DNA of 37,104 bases, taken from the NCBI RefSeq assembly GCF_003334315.1, contig NZ_QOWR01000047.1. One strand, 5' to 3'. Source of the DNA: Escherichia coli (GTDB lineage: Bacteria > Pseudomonadota > Gammaproteobacteria > Enterobacterales > Enterobacteriaceae). Every line of letters starts with the position of its first letter. Position 1 is the first letter of the stretch. Both the position numbers and the translations under genes were made by a program. A model generated the notes under the pieces. It searched no databases. It saw nothing but the letters and a program-made list of their open reading frames with translations, and was not told where the DNA came from. Shown here piece after piece: positions 1 through 9,336 of this stretch.

Positions 1-108
1 AGGCAGCACCTGGCACGGCTGGGACGGAAGTCGCTGTCGTTCTCAAAATCGGTGGAGCTGCATGACAAAGTCATCGGGCATTATCTGAACATAAAACACT
101 ATCAGTAA
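1..108 (+). CDS. insB: IS1 transposase InsB, C-terminal fragment (5' partial)
   Basis: Frame 1 from position 1 translates [35 protein letters not shown]-stop, which I recognise as the InsB C-terminus; stop codon at 106-108. Confidence 0.75.
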
Positions 109-123
109 GTTGGAGTCATTACC
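1..123 (+). mobile_element. IS1 insertion sequence, terminal ~123 bp including terminal inverted repeat (element continues off the left edge)
   Basis: Positions 1-123 match my recollection of the IS1 right end (...CTGAACATAAAACACTATCA-TAAGTTGGAGTCATTACC) almost base for base; element terminus ...GGAGTCATTACC ends at 123. No search run. Confidence 0.85.
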
Positions 124-198
124 GAAGGTGCGTTATATTAAACGCGCTTGCTATAAGAATATTTTACTCATGAGTGAGAATCTGGTTATTTATTACCC

Positions 199-438
199 TT
201 AACCATTATCGACCACGATATTGCTTTTACGTAACAGTGGGCAATCTGTTATCCCCAAGAAACCACTTTTAGTGTGCAAGTATTGTACCGTGCTGGTGCC
301 TCTGGCAGTCAGATAGGTACATTGCAAACCTAATCCTGCGGCATTCTCTTTGCTTCCAATCAAAACGCCATATCCGCTGAGTAATAATCCTATCCATACC
401 AGTGCTATCAGCATAACTGTGCGAATGATGAATCGCAT
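199..438 (-). CDS. yobH: small inner-membrane protein YobH (79 aa)
   Basis: ORF track 79 aa, hydrophobic N-terminus (MRFIIRTVMLIALVWIGLLLSGYGVLIG); position divergent from mgrB as in K-12. Confidence 0.8.
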   Translation of the reverse strand: MRFIIRTVMLIALVWIGLLLSGYGVLIGSKENAAGLGLQCTYLTARGTSTVQYLHTKSGFLGITDCPLLRKSNIVVDNG

Positions 439-596
439 TACAACCTCTTCTCTTTTTATGTTCGCTTAATCGTAGCGGCAATATGCGCTGAAGCAAGCTA
501 CTCATTCCGAAAAAGCACGAATATCGACATAGTTAGGCGCTGTTTAACTAACGCATGCTAGTTTAATGACATAAGGTAGGTGAAGCGGAGATTGGA

Positions 597-740
597 GTGA
601 AAAAGTTTCGATGGGTCGTTCTGGTTGTCGTGGTGTTGGCTTGCTTGTTGCTTTGGGCGCAGGTATTCAACATGATGTGCGATCAGGATGTACAATTTTT
701 CAGCGGAATTTGTGCCATTAACCAGTTTATCCCGTGGTGA
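597..740 (+). CDS. mgrB: MgrB, 47-aa membrane peptide, PhoQ feedback inhibitor
   Basis: Manual translation from GTG at 597: [47 protein letters not shown]-stop (TGA 738-740). Below the 60-aa cutoff of the ORF track. Confidence 0.9.
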
Positions 741-814
741 TATCATTTTTTCAGCACTAGATTTTCTTCCTCTCCAGCAGTGGTAGAATAGCGCCTCTAC
801 TCAGAGGTGGTGAA

Positions 815-1102
815 ATGAACGAAGTTGTAAATTCAGGCGTGATGAACATTGCGTCTTTGGTTGTATCGGTGGTGGTTCTTCTTATCGGGCTCATCTTGTG
901 GTTTTTTATCAATCGTGCCAGTTCTCGGACTAACGAACAGATTGAACTGCTTGAGGCGTTGCTGGATCAGCAAAAACGTCAAAATGCACTGTTACGTCGT
1001 TTGTGCGAAGCAAACGAACCTGAGAAAGCAGATAAAAAGACCGTTGAGAGTCAAAAATCGGTTGAAGACGAAGATATTATTCGTCTGGTCGCCGAACGAT
1101 AA
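815..1102 (+). CDS. yebO: small membrane protein YebO (95 aa)
   Basis: ORF track 95 aa with a single N-terminal TM segment and charged C-terminal tail; synteny mgrB-yebO-yobF-cspC. Confidence 0.85.
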   Translation: MNEVVNSGVMNIASLVVSVVVLLIGLILWFFINRASSRTNEQIELLEALLDQQKRQNALLRRLCEANEPEKADKKTVESQKSVEDEDIIRLVAER

Positions 1103-1770
1103 TCCTTCCTCAATCTTGAGTAACCCCGTCGTTGAAGGGTTACTCAATTCATCCTGATTATACGCACTGCCATGGTGCAACTGCTTCAAATTAAAACTCT
1201 GGTCTGACTTCAAATAATTATCATATTATTTATTTGCGTAACGGGATATCAGAAAAAGATATTTTCCTCATTAATTTATTAGGATGTTTACATCGGATTT
1301 GTGATTAAGCGTGGTATTATTTATTAGCGAAATGTTTCTCTCTTGATTTTTTGCTCATTCATCAATTTTTCTTATTTTAAATTTTCAATCCCTTTGGGGA
1401 TTGACTTCTCTTTAGGGTAATTGATAGCCGTTAACTGACTGTTTTATGAGAAAAAGTGATATAACTTTTTATTCATTGCATAGCAAAAAATGTGATATTG
1501 CACGCACTATGTAATAACTTCTCCCACTGGCCTGGAACAACTGAACTTATTGAACTATGTTAGAAACTACGCCAGTTTAAGTATCTGCCTGAACTGGCAA
1601 GGTTAAGCACAATGATATATCGGCGCGTATTCCGTTGCATAAGTGTGCAAAAAAAGTGGAAGACGTATCGAGATTTGTGCGTCTGATCGAGACATGTTTA
1701 AAAATGGCTTGCCATAATTAACGTTGTATGTGATAACAGATTTCGGGTTAAACGAGGTACAGTTCTGTTT

Positions 1771-1914
1771 ATGTGTGGCATTTTCAGTAAAGAAGTCCTG
1801 AGTAAACACGTTGACGTTGAATACCGCTTCTCTGCCGAGCCTTATATTGGTGCCTCATGCAGTAATGTGTCAGTTTTATCTATGTTATGCCTGCGGGCGA
1901 AGAAAACAATCTAA
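1771..1914 (+). CDS. yobF: YobF, 47-aa small protein co-transcribed with cspC
   Basis: Manual translation from ATG 1771: [47 protein letters not shown]-stop (TAA 1912-1914); 12 nt upstream of cspC. Confidence 0.85.
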
Positions 1915-1926
1915 GGAATTTTTCAA

Positions 1927-2136
1927 ATGGCAAAGATTAAAGGTCAGGTTAAGTGGTTCAACGAGTCTAAAGGTTTTGGCTTCATTACTCCGGCTGATGG
2001 CAGCAAAGACGTGTTCGTACACTTCTCCGCTATCCAGGGTAATGGCTTCAAAACTCTGGCTGAAGGTCAGAACGTTGAGTTCGAAATTCAGGACGGCCAG
2101 AAAGGTCCGGCAGCTGTTAACGTAACAGCTATCTGA
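1927..2136 (+). CDS. cspC: cold-shock-domain protein CspC (69 aa)
   Basis: ORF track protein [37 protein letters not shown]... carries the RNP1 motif KGFGFI of the CspA family. Confidence 0.95.
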
Positions 2137-2182
2137 TCGAATCCACTGATCTGAAGTGTGAATACGCTTCAATCTCGCTATA

Positions 2183-2208
2183 AAGCCTCGTCGAATGCGA
2201 GGCTTTTT
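2183..2208 (+). terminator. intrinsic terminator downstream of cspC
   Basis: Hairpin GCCTCG-loop-CGAGGC followed by TTTTT (2204-2208). Confidence 0.6.
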
Positions 2209-2301
2209 ACTATGCTTTATCTTCGCTCCTGGCGTTCGGATATTTGCCCGCCGCGTGATTCGCGTTACACTTGCGGCCTTTAGTATCCTGCCGGAGTTGT
2301 C

Positions 2302-3111
2302 ATGTCTTTTTCCTGTCCACTTTGCCATCAGCCTCTTTCGCGTGAAAAAAACAGCTATATCTGTCCCCAGCGACATCAGTTTGATATGGCGAAAGAAGGG
2401 TATGTCAATCTGCTGCCCGTTCAGCATAAACGGTCTCGTGATCCGGGCGACAGCGCGGAAATGATGCAAGCACGCCGCGCATTCTTAGATGCCGGACATT
2501 ATCAGCCGCTGCGTGATGCAATTGTCGCCCAACTGAGGGAACGGCTTGATGATAAGGCCACGGCGGTGCTGGATATTGGCTGTGGTGAAGGGTATTACAC
2601 ACACGCATTTGCCGATGCGTTGCCCGAAATCACCACGTTTGGTCTGGATGTTTCGAAGGTAGCGATAAAAGCGGCGGCGAAACGCTATCCGCAGGTCACT
2701 TTTTGTGTCGCTTCCAGCCACCGTTTGCCGTTTTCCGATACCAGTATGGACGCCATAATACGTATTTACGCGCCGTGTAAAGCAGAAGAATTAGCACGAG
2801 TAGTGAAGCCCGGCGGCTGGGTCATTACTGCCACGCCGGGACCGCGACATTTGATGGAGCTGAAGGGGCTGATTTACAATGAAGTACATCTTCATGCACC
2901 TTATGCCGAACAACTGGAAGGTTTTACATTACAGCAGAGTGCGGAGTTGTGTTATCCGATGCGTCTTCGCGGTGATGAAGCCGTCGCATTATTGCAGATG
3001 ACGCCGTTTGCCTGGCGTGCGAAGCCAGAAGTCTGGCAAACACTGGCAGCAAAAGAAGTGTTCGACTGCCAGACGGACTTTAATATTCACCTCTGGCAGC
3101 GTTCTTATTAA
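2302..3111 (+). CDS. rlmA: 23S rRNA (guanine745-N1)-methyltransferase RlmA
   Basis: 269 aa; N-terminal Cys4 zinc ribbon (CPLCHQPL...CPQRHQFD) and SAM-binding motif [10 protein letters not shown] visible in the translation. Confidence 0.9.
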
Positions 3112-3674
3112 CCGTGGAAGTGCGTCCAGAGGATCTGGACGCCGATGCCGATCAGTACCAGCCCGCCGAGAATTTCCGCTTTTTTCCCAATAATTGAGCC
3201 GATAAAGCGACCAACCATCATCCCTAATGTTGACATAATCAAGGTTGCACAACCAATGGCCAATGCGGTCGCGATAATGTTGACCTGCAGGAAAGCAAGA
3301 CCAACACCCACAGCCATGGCATCCAGGCTGGTGGCAATCGCGGTGGTTACCAGTAGCCAGAAACCGTGTCGACGGCGCGGCTCTTCATCTTCATCATCTG
3401 CGCCACGAAAACCCTCAATAATCATTCGCCCGCCGAGGAATATCAGCAGCACAAACGCAATCCAGTGGTTCCATTCAAGGACAAACCGGCTGGCTAACAT
3501 GCCCATTCCCCAGCCGATCAGCGGCGTCAGGGTTTCGACGGCACCAAAAATAAGGCCGGTTCGCAATGCTTCAGAAAATTTCGGTTTATGGAGGGTGGCA
3601 CCTTTACCGATTGATGCAGCAAATGCATCCATCGACATACCAAACGCAAGAAGAACAGTAGCAGTGATATTCAT
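3108..3674 (-). CDS. mntP: manganese efflux pump MntP (188 aa)
   Basis: Start placed at the internal ATG (plus 3672-3674) giving [21 protein letters not shown]..., which is 188 aa; the 206-aa track ORF extends 18 codons upstream. Multi-pass membrane protein with an acidic loop ([14 protein letters not shown]). Confidence 0.88.
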
Positions 3675-3689
3675 GACAATGTCCTGACC

Positions 3690-3900
3690 GGGGTATCCAT
3701 AAAACACATCATCGCCCCCAGCAAACATGCATACATGAACAACAAGCCGCGATGGTTTTCGCGTTCATGCAGGCATAGCGATTGATGTGCATATGGTCTC
3801 GCCTGACTGAAAGCATTCAGTCCGTACGTGCCACGTTTTGCAACGAGTATGTTGACACGTACATTTCCGGAATCTGGAAATCGGCTACTCCCCAAATGAG
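3690..3900 (-). promoter_or_regulatory. probable yybP-ykoY (Mn2+) riboswitch in the mntP 5' leader
   Basis: The minus-strand leader contains GGGGAGUAG (plus 3885-3893) followed by UGUCAACAUACUC ... CUUUCAGUCAGGCGAGACC, motifs I associate with this riboswitch class; E. coli mntP is known to carry one. Boundaries are approximate and the fold was not computed. Confidence 0.55.
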
Positions 3901-4037
3901 GGCGCAACCTTAACATATTTTGAGAATATAAAACAACTGTTGGAATATATTATTTCATTGCTTTATTGATAACGATTTACATTTAGATTTATATATCAAT
4001 GAAACGTTAAAATAAATAACAAATAAGGGAAGAGGTA

Positions 4038-4097
4038 ATATAGCCTAAGCTATGTCTGATTATTAAAAATACACTAAACATAGCTTTGGCTAAATTC
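4038..4097 (-). promoter_or_regulatory. two MntR-operator-like palindromes upstream of the mntP promoter
   Basis: ATAGC-CTAA-GCTAT palindrome at about 4038-4055 and AAACATAGC-TTTG-GCTAAATT at about 4077-4097, resembling the MntR operator as I recall it (AAACATAGC...GCTATGTTT). Confidence 0.4.
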
Positions 4098-4102
4098 ATA
4101 AC

Positions 4103-4561
4103 TTATTGAGTTGAAACGAGAAGCTTATAAATTTTTTCCAGATCGTCGATATTTCGAACGCGGATTAACAGCCGACGCTGTTCTAATTGCATCACCAACA
4201 CGCCATCTTCCGACAAGTTCATCGCTTTGATTCGGCTATATTCAATCCAGACATTGGCGAAGAAAAAACCTTTTTGTTTAAAGATGATCTTCGGAACGCG
4301 GATCCAGAATATATAAAAACCCATCAGAGCCAGTGCGCTTAATAACCATGTCGTTATTAACGCACCATGATTCGTGACGTTGTTATAGATAAGAATGACA
4401 ATCAATCCGACGAAGATAACGCTATCGATGCGACCACGCCGGAGCAAAGGAATTGCCAGCAGGGTGGGGCCATTACGGCGGGGCATGATGAACTGATCGT
4501 AGATCGCGAAGGCCAGGAGTGCGGCGATGAAAAGAATCAGTACCAGGTCCGTGATTGTCAT
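4103..4561 (-). CDS. yobD: inner-membrane protein YobD (152 aa)
   Basis: ORF track 152 aa with several hydrophobic segments; sits between mntP and manZ as in K-12. Confidence 0.85.
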
Positions 4562-4573
4562 TAATCCTCCAGA

Positions 4574-4600
4574 TAAAAAAACGGGGCCAAAAGGCCCCGG
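4574..4600 (-). terminator. intrinsic terminator downstream of manZ
   Basis: Minus strand reads GGGGCC-UUUU-GGCCCC followed by a run of seven U. Confidence 0.6.
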
Positions 4601-4615
4601 TAGTGTACAACAGTC

Positions 4616-5476
4616 TTACAGTCCCAGCAGGCCGCAAGCGTAACCAGCGATACCGATGACGAAGAAGCCAACGATGATCCACAGCGGGTTAACTTTTTTG
4701 CGCAGTAGCCACATACAAGCAAAGGTCAGCAGCAGTGGTACCAGGCCTGGCATTAACTGGTCCAGAATAGTCTGGACAGTAGTAACGTGTTCTTTGCCCG
4801 TCTGGTCAGTAATGCGAGAGACAACCAGCGGGATGTTGACATGTGTCCACTTGTTAACCAATGCCCCCATGACAAACAGGCCGAGGATAGACGCCCCTTC
4901 CGTCAGTTTTTGCAGGAAGCCACCACCCATATCTTTAACGATATCGATACCTTTGGAGTAACCATACGCTACGCCGTAGTAACGGGTTGCCAGACGCACC
5001 AGGTTAAACAGGATGAAGAACAGCAGCGGACCTAACAGGCTGCCGCTCATCGCGATACCGGCACCCAGTGCTGCAAATACCGGACGTACGGTTCCCCAGA
5101 AGATCGGGTCGCCTACACCAGCCAGTGGCCCCATCAAACCGACTTTGATACCGTTGATAGCACCGTCGTCGATCTCTGCGCCATTAGCACGCTGTTCTTC
5201 CAGCGCCAGGGTTACGCCGAGAATCGGCGCAGCCACGAACGGCTGGGTGTTAAAGAACTCCAGGTGACGGCGAATAGCTTGTTTACGAGCTTCGTTGTTC
5301 TCAGGGTAGAGGCGACGAATTGCCGGTACCATAGAGAAGCAGAAACCCAGTGCCTGCATACGTTCGAAGTTCCATGAACCCTGGAAGAGGTTAGAACGCA
5401 GGAAGACGCCACGAATATCACTTTGAGTGAGTTTTTTCTCGGTGGTAGTTTGAGTTGTATCAACCATTTCGCTCAC
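4616..5476 (-). CDS. manZ: PTS mannose transporter subunit IID, ManZ
   Basis: 286-aa ORF MSEMVDTTQTTTEKKLTQSDIRGVF...; third gene of the manXYZ order. Confidence 0.95.
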   Translation of the reverse strand: MSEMVDTTQTTTEKKLTQSDIRGVFLRSNLFQGSWNFERMQALGFCFSMVPAIRRLYPENNEARKQAIRRHLEFFNTQPFVAAPILGVTLALEEQRANGAEIDDGAINGIKVGLMGPLAGVGDPIFWGTVRPVFAALGAGIAMSGSLLGPLLFFILFNLVRLATRYYGVAYGYSKGIDIVKDMGGGFLQKLTEGASILGLFVMGALVNKWTHVNIPLVVSRITDQTGKEHVTTVQTILDQLMPGLVPLLLTFACMWLLRKKVNPLWIIVGFFVIGIAGYACGLLGL

Positions 5477-5479
5477 CTG

Positions 5480-6280
5480 TTAGTCCAGTTCGTTATCGAG
5501 ATCGTTGTTACCAGCTGCCTGAGCAGGCGCACCGGCTACGCGGTTGTATTTCGGGCTAAGTTGGATGTAGAGCACTGCCATAACAGTACCAATCACACCC
5601 AGAGCAACCAGGTTAAAGTTGGTGAATGCTGCGGTTACGAAGCCGAGGTAGAAGAACGGCATCAGGTAGCCAGCACGCATCATGTTGATAACCATCGCAT
5701 AACCAACCACCACGATCATGCCACCGGCGATATTCAGACCATTGGTCACCACTTCCGGAATCGCATTCAGCATGTTCTGTACTTCGCTGGTACCAACAGA
5801 CAGCGCAACGATGACGGCCGGAATAGCCACACGCATTGCTTGCAGGAACAGAGAAGAAACGTGGATCCAGGAAATCGCTGTCAGGTTGCCGTTATCAGCA
5901 GCCTTATCCGCAGCGTGCTGGAAAGCAACGGTAATAGTACGAACGATGATGGTCAGTACCTGGCCCGCAGCGGCCAGAGGGATTGCCAGTGCGATACCTG
6001 CACCAATGCTCTGATGACCTGCGATAACCAGAATGGTAGAAATGATAGAAGCCAGAGCGGCGTCAGGCGCAACTGCAGCACCGATGTTCATCCAGCCCAG
6101 CGCGATCATTTCCAGCGTACCACCGATAATAATACCGGTTTTCATATCCCCAAGAACGATACCCACCAGGGTACACGCGATTAGCGGACGGTGAAACTGA
6201 AATTCATCGAGGATTGATCCCATACCTGCGATACAGGCTACGATAAATACCAGCACAATTTGAAGAGTGGTAATCTCCAT
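5480..6280 (-). CDS. manY: PTS mannose transporter subunit IIC, ManY
   Basis: 266-aa polytopic membrane protein MEITTLQIVLVFIVACIAGMGSILDEFQFHRP... Confidence 0.95.
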   Translation of the reverse strand: MEITTLQIVLVFIVACIAGMGSILDEFQFHRPLIACTLVGIVLGDMKTGIIIGGTLEMIALGWMNIGAAVAPDAALASIISTILVIAGHQSIGAGIALAIPLAAAGQVLTIIVRTITVAFQHAADKAADNGNLTAISWIHVSSLFLQAMRVAIPAVIVALSVGTSEVQNMLNAIPEVVTNGLNIAGGMIVVVGYAMVINMMRAGYLMPFFYLGFVTAAFTNFNLVALGVIGTVMAVLYIQLSPKYNRVAGAPAQAAGNNDLDNELD

Positions 6281-6342
6281 TGTACTTCTCCTGTTTACGT
6301 AAGACTTAAGTGTGAAAACTGAGTGATAATCAACACAATACG

Positions 6343-7314
6343 TTACTTATCGATTTTGCTGATCAGATCCATCATTTTCAGTTTCGGATCGGTGGAAACC
6401 TTACGGACTTCCAGCTCAATACCGCGCGCATTCAGTTTCTTGAACGCCTCGATATCTTTTTCATCAACCGAAACCGCGTTATTCACCTGGGTTTTACCCT
6501 GACGGAATGCCATACCACCGACGTTAACAGAGGTGATTTTCACGCCGCCTTCAACGAGACGCTCTACATCTGTTGGGTTGGTAAATAACAGCATTACGCG
6601 TTCGCCAGCATATTTCGGGTTGTTGTAGACGCGAATCATTTTGGCAACATCAACTACGTGTGCTGTTACGCCCGGAGGTGCAACCTGGGTGAGCAGTGTC
6701 TTACGAACGGTATCCGCAGCCACTTCATCACTAACAACAATAATACGGGAGACATTGGTTTCTTTGGTCCAGCGGGTGGCGACCTGACCGTGAATCAGAC
6801 GGTCGTCGATACGCGCAAGGCCAATAACCATGTAGTCGTTTGGCCCCATTGGTTTTGCCGGAGTTGGAGCCGCTTTTGATGCTGCGGCAGCGGGTGCTGG
6901 CGCGGCTTTTTCAACCGGTTTGGCTTTCAGTGCTTTCACGCCTTCACGGCCTGTTTCTACTGCCAGCGCAACCAGTTCATCAAAGCTTGGGTCATCATCA
7001 CGAGCCATTAACGTTTCCACGAGCATTGGAATGTTAACGCCTGCAATGACTTCATAATGCTCTTTGTCGACGACAATGCGGCTGGCAGCATTGAACGGGC
7101 TGCCTCCCCATGTATCAACGAGAAACAGCACGCCTTTAGTGGTGTCGAGTTTTGCCAACTGAGCGTTGTACTTTTCAATCAGCGTTTCGGCATTTTCACC
7201 TGGAACGAAATCGATCCAGCCGACGTTTTCCTGCTCGCCTAACAGCATTTCTGCCGTTTTAAGCAACTGCTCTGCAGCCCAACCATGTGTGCCTATAACA
7301 ATAGCAATGGTCAC
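6343..7314 (-). CDS. manX: PTS mannose transporter subunit IIAB, ManX
   Basis: 323-aa ORF MTIAIVIGTHGWAAEQLL... with Ala/Pro-rich linker (KAAPAPAAAASKAAPTPAKP) between the IIA and IIB domains. Confidence 0.95.
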   Translation of the reverse strand: MTIAIVIGTHGWAAEQLLKTAEMLLGEQENVGWIDFVPGENAETLIEKYNAQLAKLDTTKGVLFLVDTWGGSPFNAASRIVVDKEHYEVIAGVNIPMLVETLMARDDDPSFDELVALAVETGREGVKALKAKPVEKAAPAPAAAASKAAPTPAKPMGPNDYMVIGLARIDDRLIHGQVATRWTKETNVSRIIVVSDEVAADTVRKTLLTQVAPPGVTAHVVDVAKMIRVYNNPKYAGERVMLLFTNPTDVERLVEGGVKITSVNVGGMAFRQGKTQVNNAVSVDEKDIEAFKKLNARGIELEVRKVSTDPKLKMMDLISKIDK

Positions 7315-7776
7315 TTGCTACCTCCTTTATTATCGTTAACACCTCAACGTGCCAGATGTATTTTTGAATCGTCGTCCACAATCGAATCGATTCAGATAAG
7401 GGCTACAACCAAAAACCCCTGCGTTTCGCGATTTATTTTAGATATCGAAAAAATTATTTTATGTGATGAAGATCCGTAATTTAACTTTCGATTAGCAGAA
7501 ATTTCGAAAGGTAAAATATCCTTGTCACATTCGTTTGCAAAGGAAGGTAAATCTTTGCCAAATCAGAGGCGTCTCTGATATGTTTAACTCCCGTTTAACA
7601 ACCATGGAGTATAGGGCAGTAGCCCGCAGTATGGATCGTCACCGACGTCATTTCAGCATCAGGCCTTTTAACGCCTGCCTTTCTGGCACTCTATGCCGCA
7701 CCTTTCGTTTGCATTTTGTCGTTACGCCTGCATTATTTCTGGCGTCGAATAGCTATTCCTTAAGCAGGAGCTTGTC

Positions 7777-9333
7777 ATGGAATTCTTAATGGACCCCTCA
7801 ATTTGGGCGGGGCTACTCACGCTTGTTGTTCTCGAAATTGTGCTGGGTATCGATAACCTGGTCTTCATCGCCATTCTTGCTGACAAACTGCCGCCAAAAC
7901 AACGCGATAAAGCGCGTTTGCTGGGGTTATCACTGGCGCTGATTATGCGTCTGGGGCTGCTGTCGCTGATTTCATGGATGGTCACGCTGACCAAACCGCT
8001 ATTTACCGTCATGGATTTCTCCTTCTCCGGACGCGACCTGATTATGTTGTTCGGGGGGATATTCTTGCTGTTCAAAGCAACAACCGAACTGCATGAACGG
8101 CTGGAAAACCGCGATCATGATTCCGGCCACGGTAAAGGCTACGCCAGTTTCTGGGTGGTCGTCACACAGATTGTCATCCTTGACGCCGTCTTCTCGTTGG
8201 ATGCGGTAATTACTGCAGTAGGGATGGTTAACCATCTGCCGGTGATGATGGCGGCGGTAGTGATTGCGATGGCGGTTATGTTGCTGGCATCCAAACCGCT
8301 GACGCGATTCGTTAACCAGCACCCCACGGTGGTGGTGCTCTGTCTGAGCTTCCTGTTAATGATTGGTCTGAGTCTGGTGGCAGAAGGTTTCGGTTTCCAC
8401 ATTCCGAAAGGTTACCTGTATGCCGCGATTGGCTTCTCGATCATCATCGAAGTGTTTAACCAGATTGCGCGTCGCAACTTTATTCGTCACCAGTCGACTT
8501 TGCCGCTGCGAGCGCGTACTGCCGATGCCATCCTGCGTTTGATGGGCGGGAAACGTCAGGCCAATGTTCAGCACGATGCCGATAACCCGATGCCGATGCC
8601 GATCCCGGAAGGTGCATTTGCCGAAGAAGAACGTTACATGATTAACGGCGTACTGACGCTGGCGTCGCGTTCTCTGCGCGGGATCATGACGCCGCGCGGT
8701 GAAATAAGCTGGGTTGACGCTAATCTCGGGGTCGATGAAATCCGCGAGCAGCTGCTCTCCTCACCGCACAGCCTGTTCCCGGTATGTCGCGGTGAACTGG
8801 ATGAAATCATCGGAATCGTACGTGCTAAAGAACTGCTGGTGGCGCTGGAAGAGGGCGTTGATGTGGCGGCGATTGCTTCGGCGTCTCCGGCGATTATCGT
8901 CCCGGAAACCCTCGATCCGATCAACCTGCTGGGCGTGCTGCGTCGCGCTCGCGGGAGCTTTGTTATCGTGACCAACGAGTTTGGTGTGGTACAAGGCTTG
9001 GTCACGCCGCTGGATGTGCTGGAAGCCATTGCGGGTGAATTCCCGGACGCTGACGAAACGCCGGAAATCATTACTGATGGTGACGGCTGGCTGGTAAAAG
9101 GCGGTACAGATTTGCATGCCTTGCAGCAGGCGCTTGATGTTGAGCACCTTGCCGATGACGATGATATCGCGACGGTCGCGGGCCTGGTGATCTCGGCAAA
9201 TGGTCACATTCCCCGTGTGGGCGATGTGATTGATGTAGGGCCACTGCATATCACCATCATTGAAGCCAATGATTATCGTGTTGATCTGGTTCGCATTGTT
9301 AAAGAGCAACCGGCGCACGATGAAGATGAGTAA
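7777..9333 (+). CDS. yoaE: TerC-family membrane protein with CBS and CorC/HlyC domains, YoaE
   Basis: 518-aa ORF; N-terminal polytopic membrane domain plus soluble C-terminal half; divergent from manX as in K-12. Confidence 0.9.
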
Positions 9334-9336
9334 GCG

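Noticed and set aside
1-108. Plus-strand ORF end at the window start, first taken for the 3' end of kdgR (expected here by K-12 synteny)
   Set aside because: The nucleotide sequence through 123 matches the IS1 right end and the translation matches the InsB C-terminus, so it is IS1, not kdgR.
541-567. Canonical PhoP box (two hexamers, 5-nt spacer) upstream of mgrB
   Set aside because: Only one TGTTTA hexamer is clear; the second GTTTAA lies about 19 bp away, not at canonical spacing, so no discrete site is called.
1885-2469. 194-aa minus-strand ORF spanning cspC and the rlmA 5' end
   Set aside because: Antisense to two recognised genes and crosses an intrinsic terminator.
3145-3687. 180-aa plus-strand ORF, Pro/Arg/Ser-rich
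   Set aside because: Antisense shadow of mntP with low-complexity composition.
5423-6184. 253-aa plus-strand ORF, His/Asn/Arg-rich
   Set aside because: Antisense shadow of manY and the manZ 5' end; no protein-like features.
8634-9071. 145-aa and 185-aa minus-strand ORFs inside yoaE
   Set aside because: Ser/Arg-rich antisense shadows of a well-supported gene.
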